Below, one piece after another: positions 27,705 through 39,111 of a stretch of 64,000 nucleotides of DNA; positions within the stretch are counted from its first letter, which is position 1, and each line of letters opens with the position of its first letter. Under the pieces are notes generated by a model. It was not told the DNA's origin, did no database searches, and saw nothing but the letters and a program-made list of their open reading frames with translations. Both the position numbers and the translations under genes were made by a program. The DNA comes from Candidatus Sumerlaeota bacterium (lineage in GTDB: Bacteria > Sumerlaeota > Sumerlaeia > Sumerlaeales > Sumerlaeaceae), in contig JAPLSQ010000031.1 in assembly GCA_026398535.1 (NCBI GenBank), positions 4,165-68,164 on the forward strand, read 5' to 3'.

Positions 27705-29042
27705 ATGCCTGTCCGAGCGCGATATGCCCCGGGAAATTCCTGCCAGGAGAATTCTTTGAAGCGGGAACATCAACTTCCCATGATCGCGAAAGCGAGGCGC
27801 GTTTTTTCTGACAACAGCTTGGATGATCCAAACGACCGTCTGCTGGAATTGCTCAGGGCGTCGCATCTCCAAGAGGTGAATCTTGACGGGAAGACAATCG
27901 CGGTCCCTGTCGGTAGCCGGGGGATTACGGGCCTTTGCGGTTTGTTGCGCGTCTTGATTGATTTCCTGAAAAGCAGGGGAGCGGGCCCTTATATTGTTCC
28001 CGCGATGGGAAGCCATGGCGGCGCCACCGCCGAAGGGCAGTTGAAGGTGCTGTCGTCACTTGGCGTCACAGAGCACAATCTTGGGATTCCAATCAAAGCC
28101 ACAATGGAAACCGTCAGTCTTGGCAGGGTTCGCGGACGTGAATTCGTGTGGCCGGTCTATCTGGACAAGCATGCGGCTGAAGCTGATGGGATCATCCTGA
28201 TGAATCGTGTCAAGGCCCATACGGATTTCAGCGGATCGTATGAAAGCGGGCTTGCCAAGCTGCTGGCGGTTGGGCTTGGCAATGAAGACGCCGCGCGAAG
28301 CGCCCACTCACGCGGGACGGCGGGTTTGCGTGACGCCATCCCCGCACTGGCGGAATTCTTGCTCCAGACGAAACCGATTTTGGCCGGTGTTGCGATTGTC
28401 GAGAATGCCCTTCACAAGATCGCCGCCTTGGAAGTTCTGCCTTCTTCGATGATTCTGCCGCGCGAACCCGGACTGCTTGAAATCTCCAAACAATGGATGG
28501 GCGCCCTTCCCGTGACGGAACTTGACGGACTGGTGATCAGCCGGATGGGCAAGGAGATCAGCGGGACAGGCATCGACACAAATGTCATTGGAAGGCGTTC
28601 GATTCGCGGAGAAGCCGATCCAGCCTGTCCCAACATTGACCTTATTGGCGTCTGCGATCTTACGCCGGCATCCGAAGGCAACGCTTTGGGAATTGGGCTT
28701 GCGGACTTGACCACCTCCCGCGTTGCGGCTCAATATAACCCGGCGGTCACAGCAAGGAATGTGCTGTCAACGACATTCATCGAGCGCGGCAAACTGCCGC
28801 TCGTTCTGCCCACGGACCGCAACCTTGTGGAAGCGATGGTCGATTTGATCGAACGAAAAGGCGCGAAACGCCCCCGGATCATGTTCATCCGCGACACGAT
28901 GACCCTGTCGGAATTCTATATGACGGAGTCGCTTGTGAACAAGGTCATAGCGGGGCAGGACATCACCATCCTTGAAAAGTTAAAACCAATACCATTCGGA
29001 CCCGGAGATTGTCTGGCGTTGGAATGGCACGAGAACGATTGA
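27705..29042 (+). CDS. LarA-like protein (lactate racemase / DUF2088 family; nickel-pincer-nucleotide-dependent racemase/epimerase superfamily)
   Basis: Blocks VPAMGSHGGAT and DKHAAEADGIILMNRVKAHTDFSGSYESGLAK align by eye with LarA (ATGFHR and KVAAEADLLISEGFIESHFFAGFSGGRK regions). The ATG overlaps the ADH stop (TAAATG). Alternative start at 27780 (MIAKARR). Confidence 0.55.
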   Translation: MPVRARYAPGNSCQENSLKREHQLPMIAKARRVFSDNSLDDPNDRLLELLRASHLQEVNLDGKTIAVPVGSRGITGLCGLLRVLIDFLKSRGAGPYIVPAMGSHGGATAEGQLKVLSSLGVTEHNLGIPIKATMETVSLGRVRGREFVWPVYLDKHAAEADGIILMNRVKAHTDFSGSYESGLAKLLAVGLGNEDAARSAHSRGTAGLRDAIPALAEFLLQTKPILAGVAIVENALHKIAALEVLPSSMILPREPGLLEISKQWMGALPVTELDGLVISRMGKEISGTGIDTNVIGRRSIRGEADPACPNIDLIGVCDLTPASEGNALGIGLADLTTSRVAAQYNPAVTARNVLSTTFIERGKLPLVLPTDRNLVEAMVDLIERKGAKRPRIMFIRDTMTLSEFYMTESLVNKVIAGQDITILEKLKPIPFGPGDCLALEWHEND

Positions 29043-29062
29043 ACGGAAAGGAGTCTGGTCAT

Positions 29063-30541
29063 ATGACAACGACAATAGGAAACACAAGTTCTGAGGTTCA
29101 CCCGATTTACATCAACGGCGAGTGGGTGGAATCATCCGGCGGAAGGACCTTTGAACAGCGCAATCCGGCGTGTTTGTCCGAGATAACCGGATGCTTTCAG
29201 GCATCCACGGCGGATGATACGCGAAGGGCGATCGATGCCGCGGAGCAGGCCTTTCCCAAATGGCGCGACACGCCGCCCCTGGCAAGAGCTGAAATCCTGA
29301 AGAAAGTTTTGGCGAAGATGATTGAGCGCAGGGAGGAGATTGCCCGCGTGCTCACGCTCGAGAACGGCAAGCTGCTCAGCGAGTCGCTGGGCGAAATCAA
29401 CTCCGCGATCAGGGAAATGGAGTTCCAGATTGCCGAAGGCGTGCGCTCGCTTGGCGAAGTCATGCCGGTCAGCATGCCGGGAGTGTTGGCGTATCATACC
29501 CGCCAGCCTCTGGGTGTTGTGGGAATCATCACGCCATGGAATTTTCCGTTCAATGTTCCGACGCGCAAGTGTGCTCCAGCCTTGATGGCCGGCAACACCT
29601 GCGTCTTTAAGCCGGCAAGTTTAACGCCGCAGACCGGCCTGCGCTTCACGGAGTTGTTCACCGGGGCCGGATTGCCGCCGGGCGTGCTGAATTTTGTCAC
29701 AGGCGGTCCAAGGGATGTGGGTGACACAATTGTCACCGATCCGCGGATCAAGGCGATCTCGCTGACAGGCTCGACGGATGTCGGCATTCAGATCAATGAG
29801 AAGGCGTCTTCCAGGCTTGCCCGAACGCAACTGGAGCTGGGAGGAAAAAACCCTGTTGTTGTTTTGAAGGATGCCAATCTTGATGACGCGGTCAACGCAA
29901 CGGTCACGGCGGCGTATGCGTGCGCCGGGCAGTGGTGCACATCGACGAGCCGCGCCATTGTGGCCCGTGAGATCGCCGGGGAATTCATCCAGCGCGTGAT
30001 TCAGAAAGCCGGCGCCCTGCGGGTGGGAAACGGTCTCGATGCGGAGACGGGGATGGGGCCTGTTTGCGGCACGGCACAAATGAGGAGCATCCTGGCTTAT
30101 ATCGAAAAGGGTCTGCAGGAGGGCGCCAAGCTTCTTCTCGGTGGAAAGCAAATGACAGATGGAGCCTGCGCCGACGGATGTTTCATCGAACCGACGGTGT
30201 TCGGAGCGGTCACGCCGGAGATGACGATCGCGCAGGAAGAAATATTCGGCCCCGTCTTGTCCGTCATCGAGTTTGGGAGCCTTGACGAGGCCATCGAAAT
30301 AGCCAACGGCGTCAAATACGGTCTGGCCTCTTCAGTGTTTACGAACAACCTGAAGAGCGCATTGACGTTTCTTGAGCGCACGGAGGTTGGGCTGACGCAT
30401 GTCAACATGGTGACCGCCTACAAGGAGCCCCAGCTCACCTTTGGCGGCATCAAGCAATCAGGCCATGGCATCCCCGAAGCGGGAAAAACGGGGATCGAAT
30501 TCTTCACAGAGCACAAGGTCGCCTACGTCAAATACTCGTGA
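29063..30541 (+). CDS. NAD(P)+ aldehyde dehydrogenase (lactaldehyde dehydrogenase-like)
   Basis: Start at MTTTIGN with SD AAAGGAG, inside the longer track ORF 29009..30541. ALDH signatures ELGGKNP (catalytic Glu region), GQWCTSTSR (catalytic Cys), ITPWNFP and EEIFGPV. Confidence 0.9.
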   Translation: MTTTIGNTSSEVHPIYINGEWVESSGGRTFEQRNPACLSEITGCFQASTADDTRRAIDAAEQAFPKWRDTPPLARAEILKKVLAKMIERREEIARVLTLENGKLLSESLGEINSAIREMEFQIAEGVRSLGEVMPVSMPGVLAYHTRQPLGVVGIITPWNFPFNVPTRKCAPALMAGNTCVFKPASLTPQTGLRFTELFTGAGLPPGVLNFVTGGPRDVGDTIVTDPRIKAISLTGSTDVGIQINEKASSRLARTQLELGGKNPVVVLKDANLDDAVNATVTAAYACAGQWCTSTSRAIVAREIAGEFIQRVIQKAGALRVGNGLDAETGMGPVCGTAQMRSILAYIEKGLQEGAKLLLGGKQMTDGACADGCFIEPTVFGAVTPEMTIAQEEIFGPVLSVIEFGSLDEAIEIANGVKYGLASSVFTNNLKSALTFLERTEVGLTHVNMVTAYKEPQLTFGGIKQSGHGIPEAGKTGIEFFTEHKVAYVKYS

Positions 30542-30624
30542 CGCAAATGAAACCGCATGATGCGCCTTTCCCAACCTGGCGCCAAACATGTGCTCATTCA
30601 AGACATTGAGGCAGGAGATATTAT

Positions 30625-33600
30625 ATGAATTACATGCTTTTCACCCTCACCCTGCTGATGTTGGCGGCGTGTGCGTTGCATGCCCAGCCAGCCTTGGGCG
30701 TCGGCGTTACTCTCGTCGAGTCGAAGGATAAAAAGTTCCTTGTTCGAACGGGCGGATTTGAATTCTCCTATGATGGAAGCAAGGATGACCACATCACGGC
30801 AAGGAATCCAAAGCCGGGGGGGGGCTGGATTGAGGTCATCGGCGCTCCGGGCGAGAATCTCTATCCCCTCGAGCATTCCATTGTCAGATCGGTGGAAACA
30901 ACAGAAACCGCGGCTGATATTCTGGTGCGGATTGATTCCGCCCGCGAGTGGGCTGATTTCAAAACAACCGTGCGATTTCCAAAGAATGTTCCTGGTCTGG
31001 TCAATTGGAAGGTTGAACTGTCCGCCAAGTCGAAGGGCTTTCTTCCCACGACTGATTTCGACGTTCTGTTTGGTGATTATCCCGTTCAGTTCAAGGATCT
31101 CGGCCGGCACAATCCCGCGCAGGTCCCGCTTGTGTACTTTTATGAGGGCAAGCTCGATGCCACATGCCTGTTCTATGAAGATTATACCGCGCTTAACCAG
31201 TATTACATCATGACGGACACCCGCCCCGCCGGTGCCGTGGGCGCCAACTTGCCGATAAAAACGCGTCACACAGGAAAACCATCCGAACAGACACGGGCTG
31301 GCTTTGGTTATAAAAGACCGTCCTCCGATCACATATTGCCGCCGCAATCACAGTGCACAATCACCGATTCCTATTGTTTCCTGAAATCGTCCGAACCGGC
31401 GGACGAGTCGGCAATGTGCGGCCAATTTCTTGAATGCCTTGCGGACATTTATCCCTACATGCTCAAGCCTGCCACTGTCTATACCGACTGGCCGACGATA
31501 GCCGGTTATCAGATCAGGGATCTCCAATCACCCGAATGCTGGACGCGCGAGTTCAACGGGCGCAGGCACCTTCTTCCCTATGTCAACCACAAGGACAGTG
31601 GGGCGAATGATCTGAGAACCGAGCTTCAGAATCTCGCCCCCCTGGTCACCTTCAACCGATCATTTGCCAATGAAATTTCGCGGAAATTTGAAGAGCAACT
31701 GGTCGGGAACATCAAGGATTTCCATGTTCCGCAGACCCGCATGATTGAAAACATGATCACCAAGCCTGGCGACAAAAGCGTTCAGGACAGCTTTTACCCG
31801 GCGATCAACGCCATCATGTTTGGAAAGGTGATTCTCAGGGGCGTCGATGATCCGCAATTGAAGAGAATGCTTCTGGAATTCGCCGATGTGACCATGAAAA
31901 CAGGGAGAAAGCTGAATTACACGTTCGCCTGGCAGGTTGATTGGCTATCAGGCGAGATCGTCAACGAGTCATTCTGGCAATACGATGTCGGCGGCGCATT
32001 GGCTTATTTTTTCCTGCAGTGCCACCAGATATCAGGCGACAAGAAATATCTTGATGAAGCAAAGGTCGCCGTCGAGAGCATCAAAGGGCATGGCCTCGCT
32101 CTTCCGCACGAATTGGACTGCACGGCTGCTGCTGCCGCCGCATGCGCCTGGCTTTATAATATAACGGGCGACAAACATTACTTGGATCTTGGCGCAATTG
32201 CCGTCGCCAATGTCATGCGGCGGGGGTGGTTCTGGCAGAGCGAGTATGGCTATGCGAAATACTATCGGATGTTCTTTGGGCTGTCGTTCTCTAAAGAAGG
32301 TCCACAGATCGCGCCCCTCGAGCTCCTCGGATGCTGGGATATGCTGTCGGAGTATTACCGGCGGCTTTCCGGCGTTCTTCCAGCGGAATACCATGTCCTG
32401 TTGCCGGAGTTTCACAAATGGGTCCTGACGGACATGCGTTATGTTTATCCTCCATTGGTGCCTGAGGACGCGGTTGCGCCCGGGCCGGCAGGCTGGCCGG
32501 TCAATCCCAGGCTGTACGTGGCGCTTGAGGATATGAATGATGGGCATACCCGTCTCGGCACGGTGGGGCAGGGGATATACATGTCGCGCGCGGCTATTGA
32601 ATTTGCGGCCTCGGCTTACAGGCGTTTTGAGAACGGCCCCATTCTGTTCTGCGAATATCCAATCATGTCGGCTTCCTATGACAGCCAGTTGGACATGTTG
32701 CGTTTCACAGTCGGAGGGCTGAACAATTATCGATGCAAGGTCAGGGTGCTGTATCCGCAAAAACTGAACGACGATGTCAGGCCATTCCTTGCCACGAACG
32801 CGTTGCCGGCGATGCTGTTGGAGGGATCGTCCCATGAGGGACAGACGCTCTGTTTCGAAGCGCCTGGCGGCGCCGAGGTTGTCGCGGGTCCCGGCCGGCT
32901 TCTCCGCCTGCAAGCTTTGATCAGCAATCTGAAACTGCTGGCTCAATCCGCCGCCGCGGACGCAACGATCAAGAAAGAACTCTTTGATTCTGAGGACTTG
33001 CTGAGCAGGACCATGACCCTGACAAGCGATCCCAGAAAAGAATTTCATGAGTGGCTTGCGGCCTTCGACAAGCTCTCCATCCGTTTGCGGGAGATGGATG
33101 GCAGAGAGAGTGTCACGGAATGTCTCAGCGCGATGCGCGATCTGGCCGCGGAGGAAAGCCAGCGGTTGTTGGGAATCCGCTTTGACCTGAAGATAAACAA
33201 GACGGAATGGGCTGAGGGAGAGCCTGTGAAAGCTGTCGCGGCATTGGATGTCAGCCCCGGTGTTCAGCTTGAGAAGGCAGATATCTCACTCAAGACGCCG
33301 GTCAGGTTCCGGGTGACACGAGACGGGAATTCATTCCAAGTCTTCTTTCCTGATGACTACCCATTCAACAAGCCGGCGCAAATCGAAGCGCGTATGTCCT
33401 GCGAGTACATGGGCGCTCCGGTTGTCCTTAGACGCACATGCGACGTTAAGCGTGTGGCGGCGTTCACATTCCTCATCGCCAGCACATCGGGCGATTTTGC
33501 GACCCAGGGTAAGAACTATGACATTCAGGTGAAAGTGACAAACAACGCTTCTGTGCGGCGGGACGCGGAACTGAAGCTCAAGTTGCCGAAGGATTGGACA

Positions 33601-34221
33601 TCGTCCTGCGGTCTTTCTCGGCTTGTTCTTAATGCCGGTGAGGCAAGGGATGTCACACTGTCGCTGACGCCCGGAGCTGCCGTGCCCGACGGCAAGTGCG
33701 AGATCGAGCTTGTGCTGATAGCTGGGGGTGCGCCGGTGGCATCGCGATGCTGCGTGGTTGAGGCAGTTGCCGTCCATGGTGCATTTCGCGACGACGGACG
33801 GGACGCCTCGCTCTGGAAGGAATCCCGCTATGGGCCGCCAGTCCCTGTTGAGTCAAAAGACGGCAGGCTCGTGTTCGGCCCCAGGGACGGCGGCTTTGGT
33901 GTGCGCGAGCGTGAAGTCTGCATCGATCTTGATCATTACCCAATCCTGAGCATAAAGATGGATGCGGCAAGCGCTCTTTGGGCGATATTCCTCGACGATG
34001 GCAGGCACTTCCCGGAACTCGGGCTTCGTGTTCAACAGGAGACGTGGCAGACAGGCGTTTTTCATTATGATCTCAGGAAATCCACTGGTTGGAAAGGCAT
34101 CAATAAATTCAATCTGCGTTTCGTGACCAGCATATGGGGAAAAGACCGGACCTGCATACTGGATTGGATCACCATCGACAAAGATGCTGTAACAACAGAA
34201 CCAGTCGTCAGTGACAAATAA
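30625..34221 (+). CDS. Large secreted protein (1198 aa) of unknown function
   Basis: Signal peptide MNYMLFTLTLLMLAACALHAQPA; no recognisable catalytic motif by eye; 83 bp downstream of the aldehyde dehydrogenase on the same strand. Confidence 0.75.
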   Translation: MNYMLFTLTLLMLAACALHAQPALGVGVTLVESKDKKFLVRTGGFEFSYDGSKDDHITARNPKPGGGWIEVIGAPGENLYPLEHSIVRSVETTETAADILVRIDSAREWADFKTTVRFPKNVPGLVNWKVELSAKSKGFLPTTDFDVLFGDYPVQFKDLGRHNPAQVPLVYFYEGKLDATCLFYEDYTALNQYYIMTDTRPAGAVGANLPIKTRHTGKPSEQTRAGFGYKRPSSDHILPPQSQCTITDSYCFLKSSEPADESAMCGQFLECLADIYPYMLKPATVYTDWPTIAGYQIRDLQSPECWTREFNGRRHLLPYVNHKDSGANDLRTELQNLAPLVTFNRSFANEISRKFEEQLVGNIKDFHVPQTRMIENMITKPGDKSVQDSFYPAINAIMFGKVILRGVDDPQLKRMLLEFADVTMKTGRKLNYTFAWQVDWLSGEIVNESFWQYDVGGALAYFFLQCHQISGDKKYLDEAKVAVESIKGHGLALPHELDCTAAAAAACAWLYNITGDKHYLDLGAIAVANVMRRGWFWQSEYGYAKYYRMFFGLSFSKEGPQIAPLELLGCWDMLSEYYRRLSGVLPAEYHVLLPEFHKWVLTDMRYVYPPLVPEDAVAPGPAGWPVNPRLYVALEDMNDGHTRLGTVGQGIYMSRAAIEFAASAYRRFENGPILFCEYPIMSASYDSQLDMLRFTVGGLNNYRCKVRVLYPQKLNDDVRPFLATNALPAMLLEGSSHEGQTLCFEAPGGAEVVAGPGRLLRLQALISNLKLLAQSAAADATIKKELFDSEDLLSRTMTLTSDPRKEFHEWLAAFDKLSIRLREMDGRESVTECLSAMRDLAAEESQRLLGIRFDLKINKTEWAEGEPVKAVAALDVSPGVQLEKADISLKTPVRFRVTRDGNSFQVFFPDDYPFNKPAQIEARMSCEYMGAPVVLRRTCDVKRVAAFTFLIASTSGDFATQGKNYDIQVKVTNNASVRRDAELKLKLPKDWTSSCGLSRLVLNAGEARDVTLSLTPGAAVPDGKCEIELVLIAGGAPVASRCCVVEAVAVHGAFRDDGRDASLWKESRYGPPVPVESKDGRLVFGPRDGGFGVREREVCIDLDHYPILSIKMDAASALWAIFLDDGRHFPELGLRVQQETWQTGVFHYDLRKSTGWKGINKFNLRFVTSIWGKDRTCILDWITIDKDAVTTEPVVSDK

Positions 34222-34309
34222 CAATTCCACCCCGGCCGCGCGCATCATACCGGGGAAAGGCCGCTATTGATTGCGGGTTTGCGGGTAATTTGCGCATATG
34301 GCTTTTAAA

Positions 34310-34393
34310 TGCCGGGACGGGGATTTGAACCCCGACGGGATTGCTCCCGCCAGCCCCTCAAGCTGGTGCGTCTGCCAATTCCGCCATCCCGGC
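34310..34393 (-). tRNA. tRNA-Leu (anticodon GAG)
   Basis: Reverse complement folds as a cloverleaf: acceptor GCCGGGA/TCCCGGC + discriminator A, anticodon stem CCAGC/GCTGG with loop TTGAGGG (GAG), long variable arm, T-loop GGTTCAAATCC. CCA is not encoded. Confidence 0.85.
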
Positions 34394-34469
34394 ACAACTG
34401 CGGGGCCGCTTTGTTTTGGCCATTCGGCTTATACCTTGACCCGCAACAATTATTTCATGCGATCCGGGG

Positions 34470-35915
<1,446 letters not shown>

Positions 35916-35963
35916 TCATAGAGTTAAGCAAGGAGCTTATCGAACCTTAAGAATGCGAGACCT

Positions 35964-38405
35964 GTGCCATGGAGAGTCTTGAGAATGGGCGCGAAGAAGC
36001 AGGACGACACATCTGATTTTTTCAGCGATCTGTTGCCGGCGGAGAATGATTCAACTTGTTCCCTGCCAACCGGGCATCGCTACGCGCTCTATGCCTGTGT
36101 GGCCGTCAATGAACCGGTCGTCTCTCTCTACACGTATGGCGTTTCGAAGGCGCTCGCGCCCCAGCTCAAGGCCGGTTCCCTTGTGGAAGCGCGCTTTGGC
36201 GGCCACAAGACCAAAGGATGTGTCGTCGCGCTTGAGGTCTCGCCTTCAGCGGGAATCAATCCCGCCGCCATCCGCCCGATTGGCCGCATCCTTTCGCCGG
36301 ATTATGCGCTTCCGCGGGACCTTATTGATCTGGGATGCTGGCTGAGTGATTATTACATGGCGCCTGTCGGGGAAACACTGGGATGCGTGTCGTTCATCGG
36401 GTTCAATGATGTTCGCGAAAAAAGCCTCACCTCGCTGCGCCTCGCGCCCGACTGGCAGGAGCGCGCCGCGAAGCTTGACACATCCGCGCGCGCCCAGGAG
36501 CAAAGTGAATCGTCATCGGATAACGCGGAAAGTCCGCCGCCCGGCAAACCAAAGCGCCCAAGACAATTGACCGCAAGGCAGCGCGCCGTCATTGACGTCT
36601 TCATCGCCAGCGGCGCGCGTCATCTGTCCGCCACGCAGATAAAACAGGGAACGGGCGCCGGCGCCGCGGTGATCAATAAATTGCGCGCGCTTGGCCTGCT
36701 CGAAACCGCGCGCGTTGAACGATTCCGGGACGATGAGTATGGCGCCCCCGCTTCGCCCGACACACCCATCCCCCTGAATCCGGATCAGCAAAACGCTCTC
36801 AACCGCATCGCTGACGCCATGCGCACGGGCCGCCATAGCGCATTTTTGCTTCATGGTGTGACAAGCAGCGGCAAGACCGAGGTTTACCTTCAGGCCATTG
36901 CAAGCGCCCTTGCCGCAGGCGGGCAGGCTGTGGTGCTTGTGCCCGAAATTACGCTCACACCCCAGATGGTCGCGCGTTTTCGAAGCCGTTTTGGGGATGC
37001 CGCCGGCGTTTATCATTCGAAAATGTCGCTCGGTCAGAAATACGACTTGTGGCGGCGCATTCGCGGCGGCAGTTGCCGCATCCTTATTGGCGCGCGAAGC
37101 GCGGTGTTCGCGCCGTTTAACGATCTGCGCATCATCGTCATCGATGAGGAACAGGAGACGAGTTACAAGCAGGACAGCTCGCCGCGATACGATGCACGCA
37201 GGGTGGCGGAGGAGCGCGCCCGCCGCGCCAACACCGTGCTTGTGCTTGGCAGCGCCACGCCCTCGATTGATTCCTATCACGCGGCTAAAACCGGGCGGTA
37301 TGAAATGCTCTCCCTGCCGGCGCGAATCGATCACCGGCCCCTGCCCGAGGTTGTGATCATCGACATGGCGCGCAAGGCGCGCGAAAACCACGACCCGGGC
37401 ATGTTCAGCATGGCTCTGCGCGAGGCCATTGGCGGGCGGCTTGAGCGGGGAGAACAAAGCCTGCTCTTCCTTAACCGGCGGGGGTTCTTCAATATCCTTG
37501 TGTGCCTGGCCTGCAACACCGTCGCCAGATGCCGCCATTGCGACATTGGGCTTACACATCACCAAAAGCCGCGCAACATGCTTGTCTGCCATCTCTGCGG
37601 CATGGAGTACCCGCTGCCCGGTCAATGCCCCGATTGCGGCAGCCCCGATCTGGCATTGAAGGGAATCGGCACGCAACGCGTGGAGGACGCCATCAGACAG
37701 GACTTTCCGGAGGCGCGGGTCATGCGCATCGACTTCGACACGACGCGCAGCCGCACGGCCCTGCTGGCGGCATGGCGGCGAATCGAAGGCGGCGAAGCTG
37801 ACATCCTTGTCGGCACGCAGATGATCGCAAAGGGATTGCATCTCGAAGGCGTGACGCTTGTCGGCGTGCCGCTGGCCGACGTCTCGCTCTACCAGCCGGA
37901 TTTCCGCGCCGCCGAGCGCGCCTTCTCACTGCTTACGCAGGTTGCCGGGCGCGCCGGACGGGGTGAAAGGCCCGGACTGGTCATCATTCAAAGCTATGTG
38001 CCGCACCATTACGCCATCCAGTTCGCGCGCAACCACGATTATGAGGGGTTCTACGAAAAGGAAATCGTCATCCGCCGCATTTTACGTTTTCCGCCGCATT
38101 ATGACCTCATCTCACTGCTCCTTTCCGGGCAGGAGCCCGGGCTGACCGCCAATCTTGCGAAGGAATTCGCGCGCATATTGCGCAACGCGGCCTATCTTCA
38201 TCGTGACAATGTGACCGTCCTCGGGGCCGCTCCGGCCCCGATAGCGCGCATCAAGGATACGTATCGATGGCGTCTTCTCATGCGCGGAAAAAGCCGCGAT
38301 CTCATGAAATCCATCCTGAAACAGGCCATGAAAAATTTCAATGAGACGCCCGGAAAGTCAAAAATCCATCTCAACATTGACGTCGATCCGCAGAATTTGA
38401 TGTGA
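35964..38405 (+). CDS. priA: Primosomal protein N' / replication restart helicase PriA
   Basis: Walker A GVTSSGKTEVY, DEEQETSYKQ (DExH), Cys4 zinc fingers CLACNTVARCRHC…CHLCG…CPDCGS. Start may be 35985 (MGAKKQ). Confidence 0.9.
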   Translation: MPWRVLRMGAKKQDDTSDFFSDLLPAENDSTCSLPTGHRYALYACVAVNEPVVSLYTYGVSKALAPQLKAGSLVEARFGGHKTKGCVVALEVSPSAGINPAAIRPIGRILSPDYALPRDLIDLGCWLSDYYMAPVGETLGCVSFIGFNDVREKSLTSLRLAPDWQERAAKLDTSARAQEQSESSSDNAESPPPGKPKRPRQLTARQRAVIDVFIASGARHLSATQIKQGTGAGAAVINKLRALGLLETARVERFRDDEYGAPASPDTPIPLNPDQQNALNRIADAMRTGRHSAFLLHGVTSSGKTEVYLQAIASALAAGGQAVVLVPEITLTPQMVARFRSRFGDAAGVYHSKMSLGQKYDLWRRIRGGSCRILIGARSAVFAPFNDLRIIVIDEEQETSYKQDSSPRYDARRVAEERARRANTVLVLGSATPSIDSYHAAKTGRYEMLSLPARIDHRPLPEVVIIDMARKARENHDPGMFSMALREAIGGRLERGEQSLLFLNRRGFFNILVCLACNTVARCRHCDIGLTHHQKPRNMLVCHLCGMEYPLPGQCPDCGSPDLALKGIGTQRVEDAIRQDFPEARVMRIDFDTTRSRTALLAAWRRIEGGEADILVGTQMIAKGLHLEGVTLVGVPLADVSLYQPDFRAAERAFSLLTQVAGRAGRGERPGLVIIQSYVPHHYAIQFARNHDYEGFYEKEIVIRRILRFPPHYDLISLLLSGQEPGLTANLAKEFARILRNAAYLHRDNVTVLGAAPAPIARIKDTYRWRLLMRGKSRDLMKSILKQAMKNFNETPGKSKIHLNIDVDPQNLM

Positions 38406-38475
38406 CAGCCGACCACCGGCAGAGAACGGGAAAACATTTGCATCCGCCCCCGCCCGCGTTATTGTCGTCATCAGC

Positions 38476-39111
38476 TTGAGATTGACGGAATTTGAAGGCA
38501 GCCTGGAAGCATTCCTCTTTGAAATCTTACGATCCCCCGAAGGGGATCATCATGTGTCATTGTTTGATTGGAGAGACGAATTGGACTCGCGAGAGATGAA
38601 GGCATGGCTTTTCAAGCGCAGTGTCGCCGAGGCAAAGGGATTTGGCATGCGAATCGCCGAGGAACACTGCAATCCTAACACACCTTGGGGCGCGTACATT
38701 CGCATCACTGAGGAATCGCTGAACGCTTTCTATGGGGCCTATTGGCAGAACATCGTTGTGCCCTATCCGAACCAGTTGGACGACGGCAGCGCGCAACGGC
38801 TTGATCCCAAAATTCTGATCGTCGCTCCAGGCGTGCGTCTTTCGTTGCAATACCATCATTTGCGCCATGAGCACTGGCGCGTTCTTGATGGTCCGGTGAT
38901 GGTTGTCATTGGCGACGATCAACAATCGTTGAACGAAATCGTTGCCCAGCCGGGCGATGTCATCCGTCTGCCTTGCGGCAAGTGGCACCGGCTCGTGGGC
39001 ATGGATCACTGGGGCCGGGTGGCGGAAATCTGGGAACACACCGATCCAGAGCATCCGTCAGAGGAGCGCGACATCGTCCGTGTCGAGGACGACTTCGGAC
39101 GCGAGCGGTAA
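38476..39111 (+). CDS. Cupin-domain protein resembling the C-terminal cupin of type II phosphomannose isomerase
   Basis: Cupin metal-binding motif SLQYHHLRHEHWRVLDGPVMVVIGD … GDVIRLPCGKWHRL. Confidence 0.55.
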   Translation: MRLTEFEGSLEAFLFEILRSPEGDHHVSLFDWRDELDSREMKAWLFKRSVAEAKGFGMRIAEEHCNPNTPWGAYIRITEESLNAFYGAYWQNIVVPYPNQLDDGSAQRLDPKILIVAPGVRLSLQYHHLRHEHWRVLDGPVMVVIGDDQQSLNEIVAQPGDVIRLPCGKWHRLVGMDHWGRVAEIWEHTDPEHPSEERDIVRVEDDFGRER

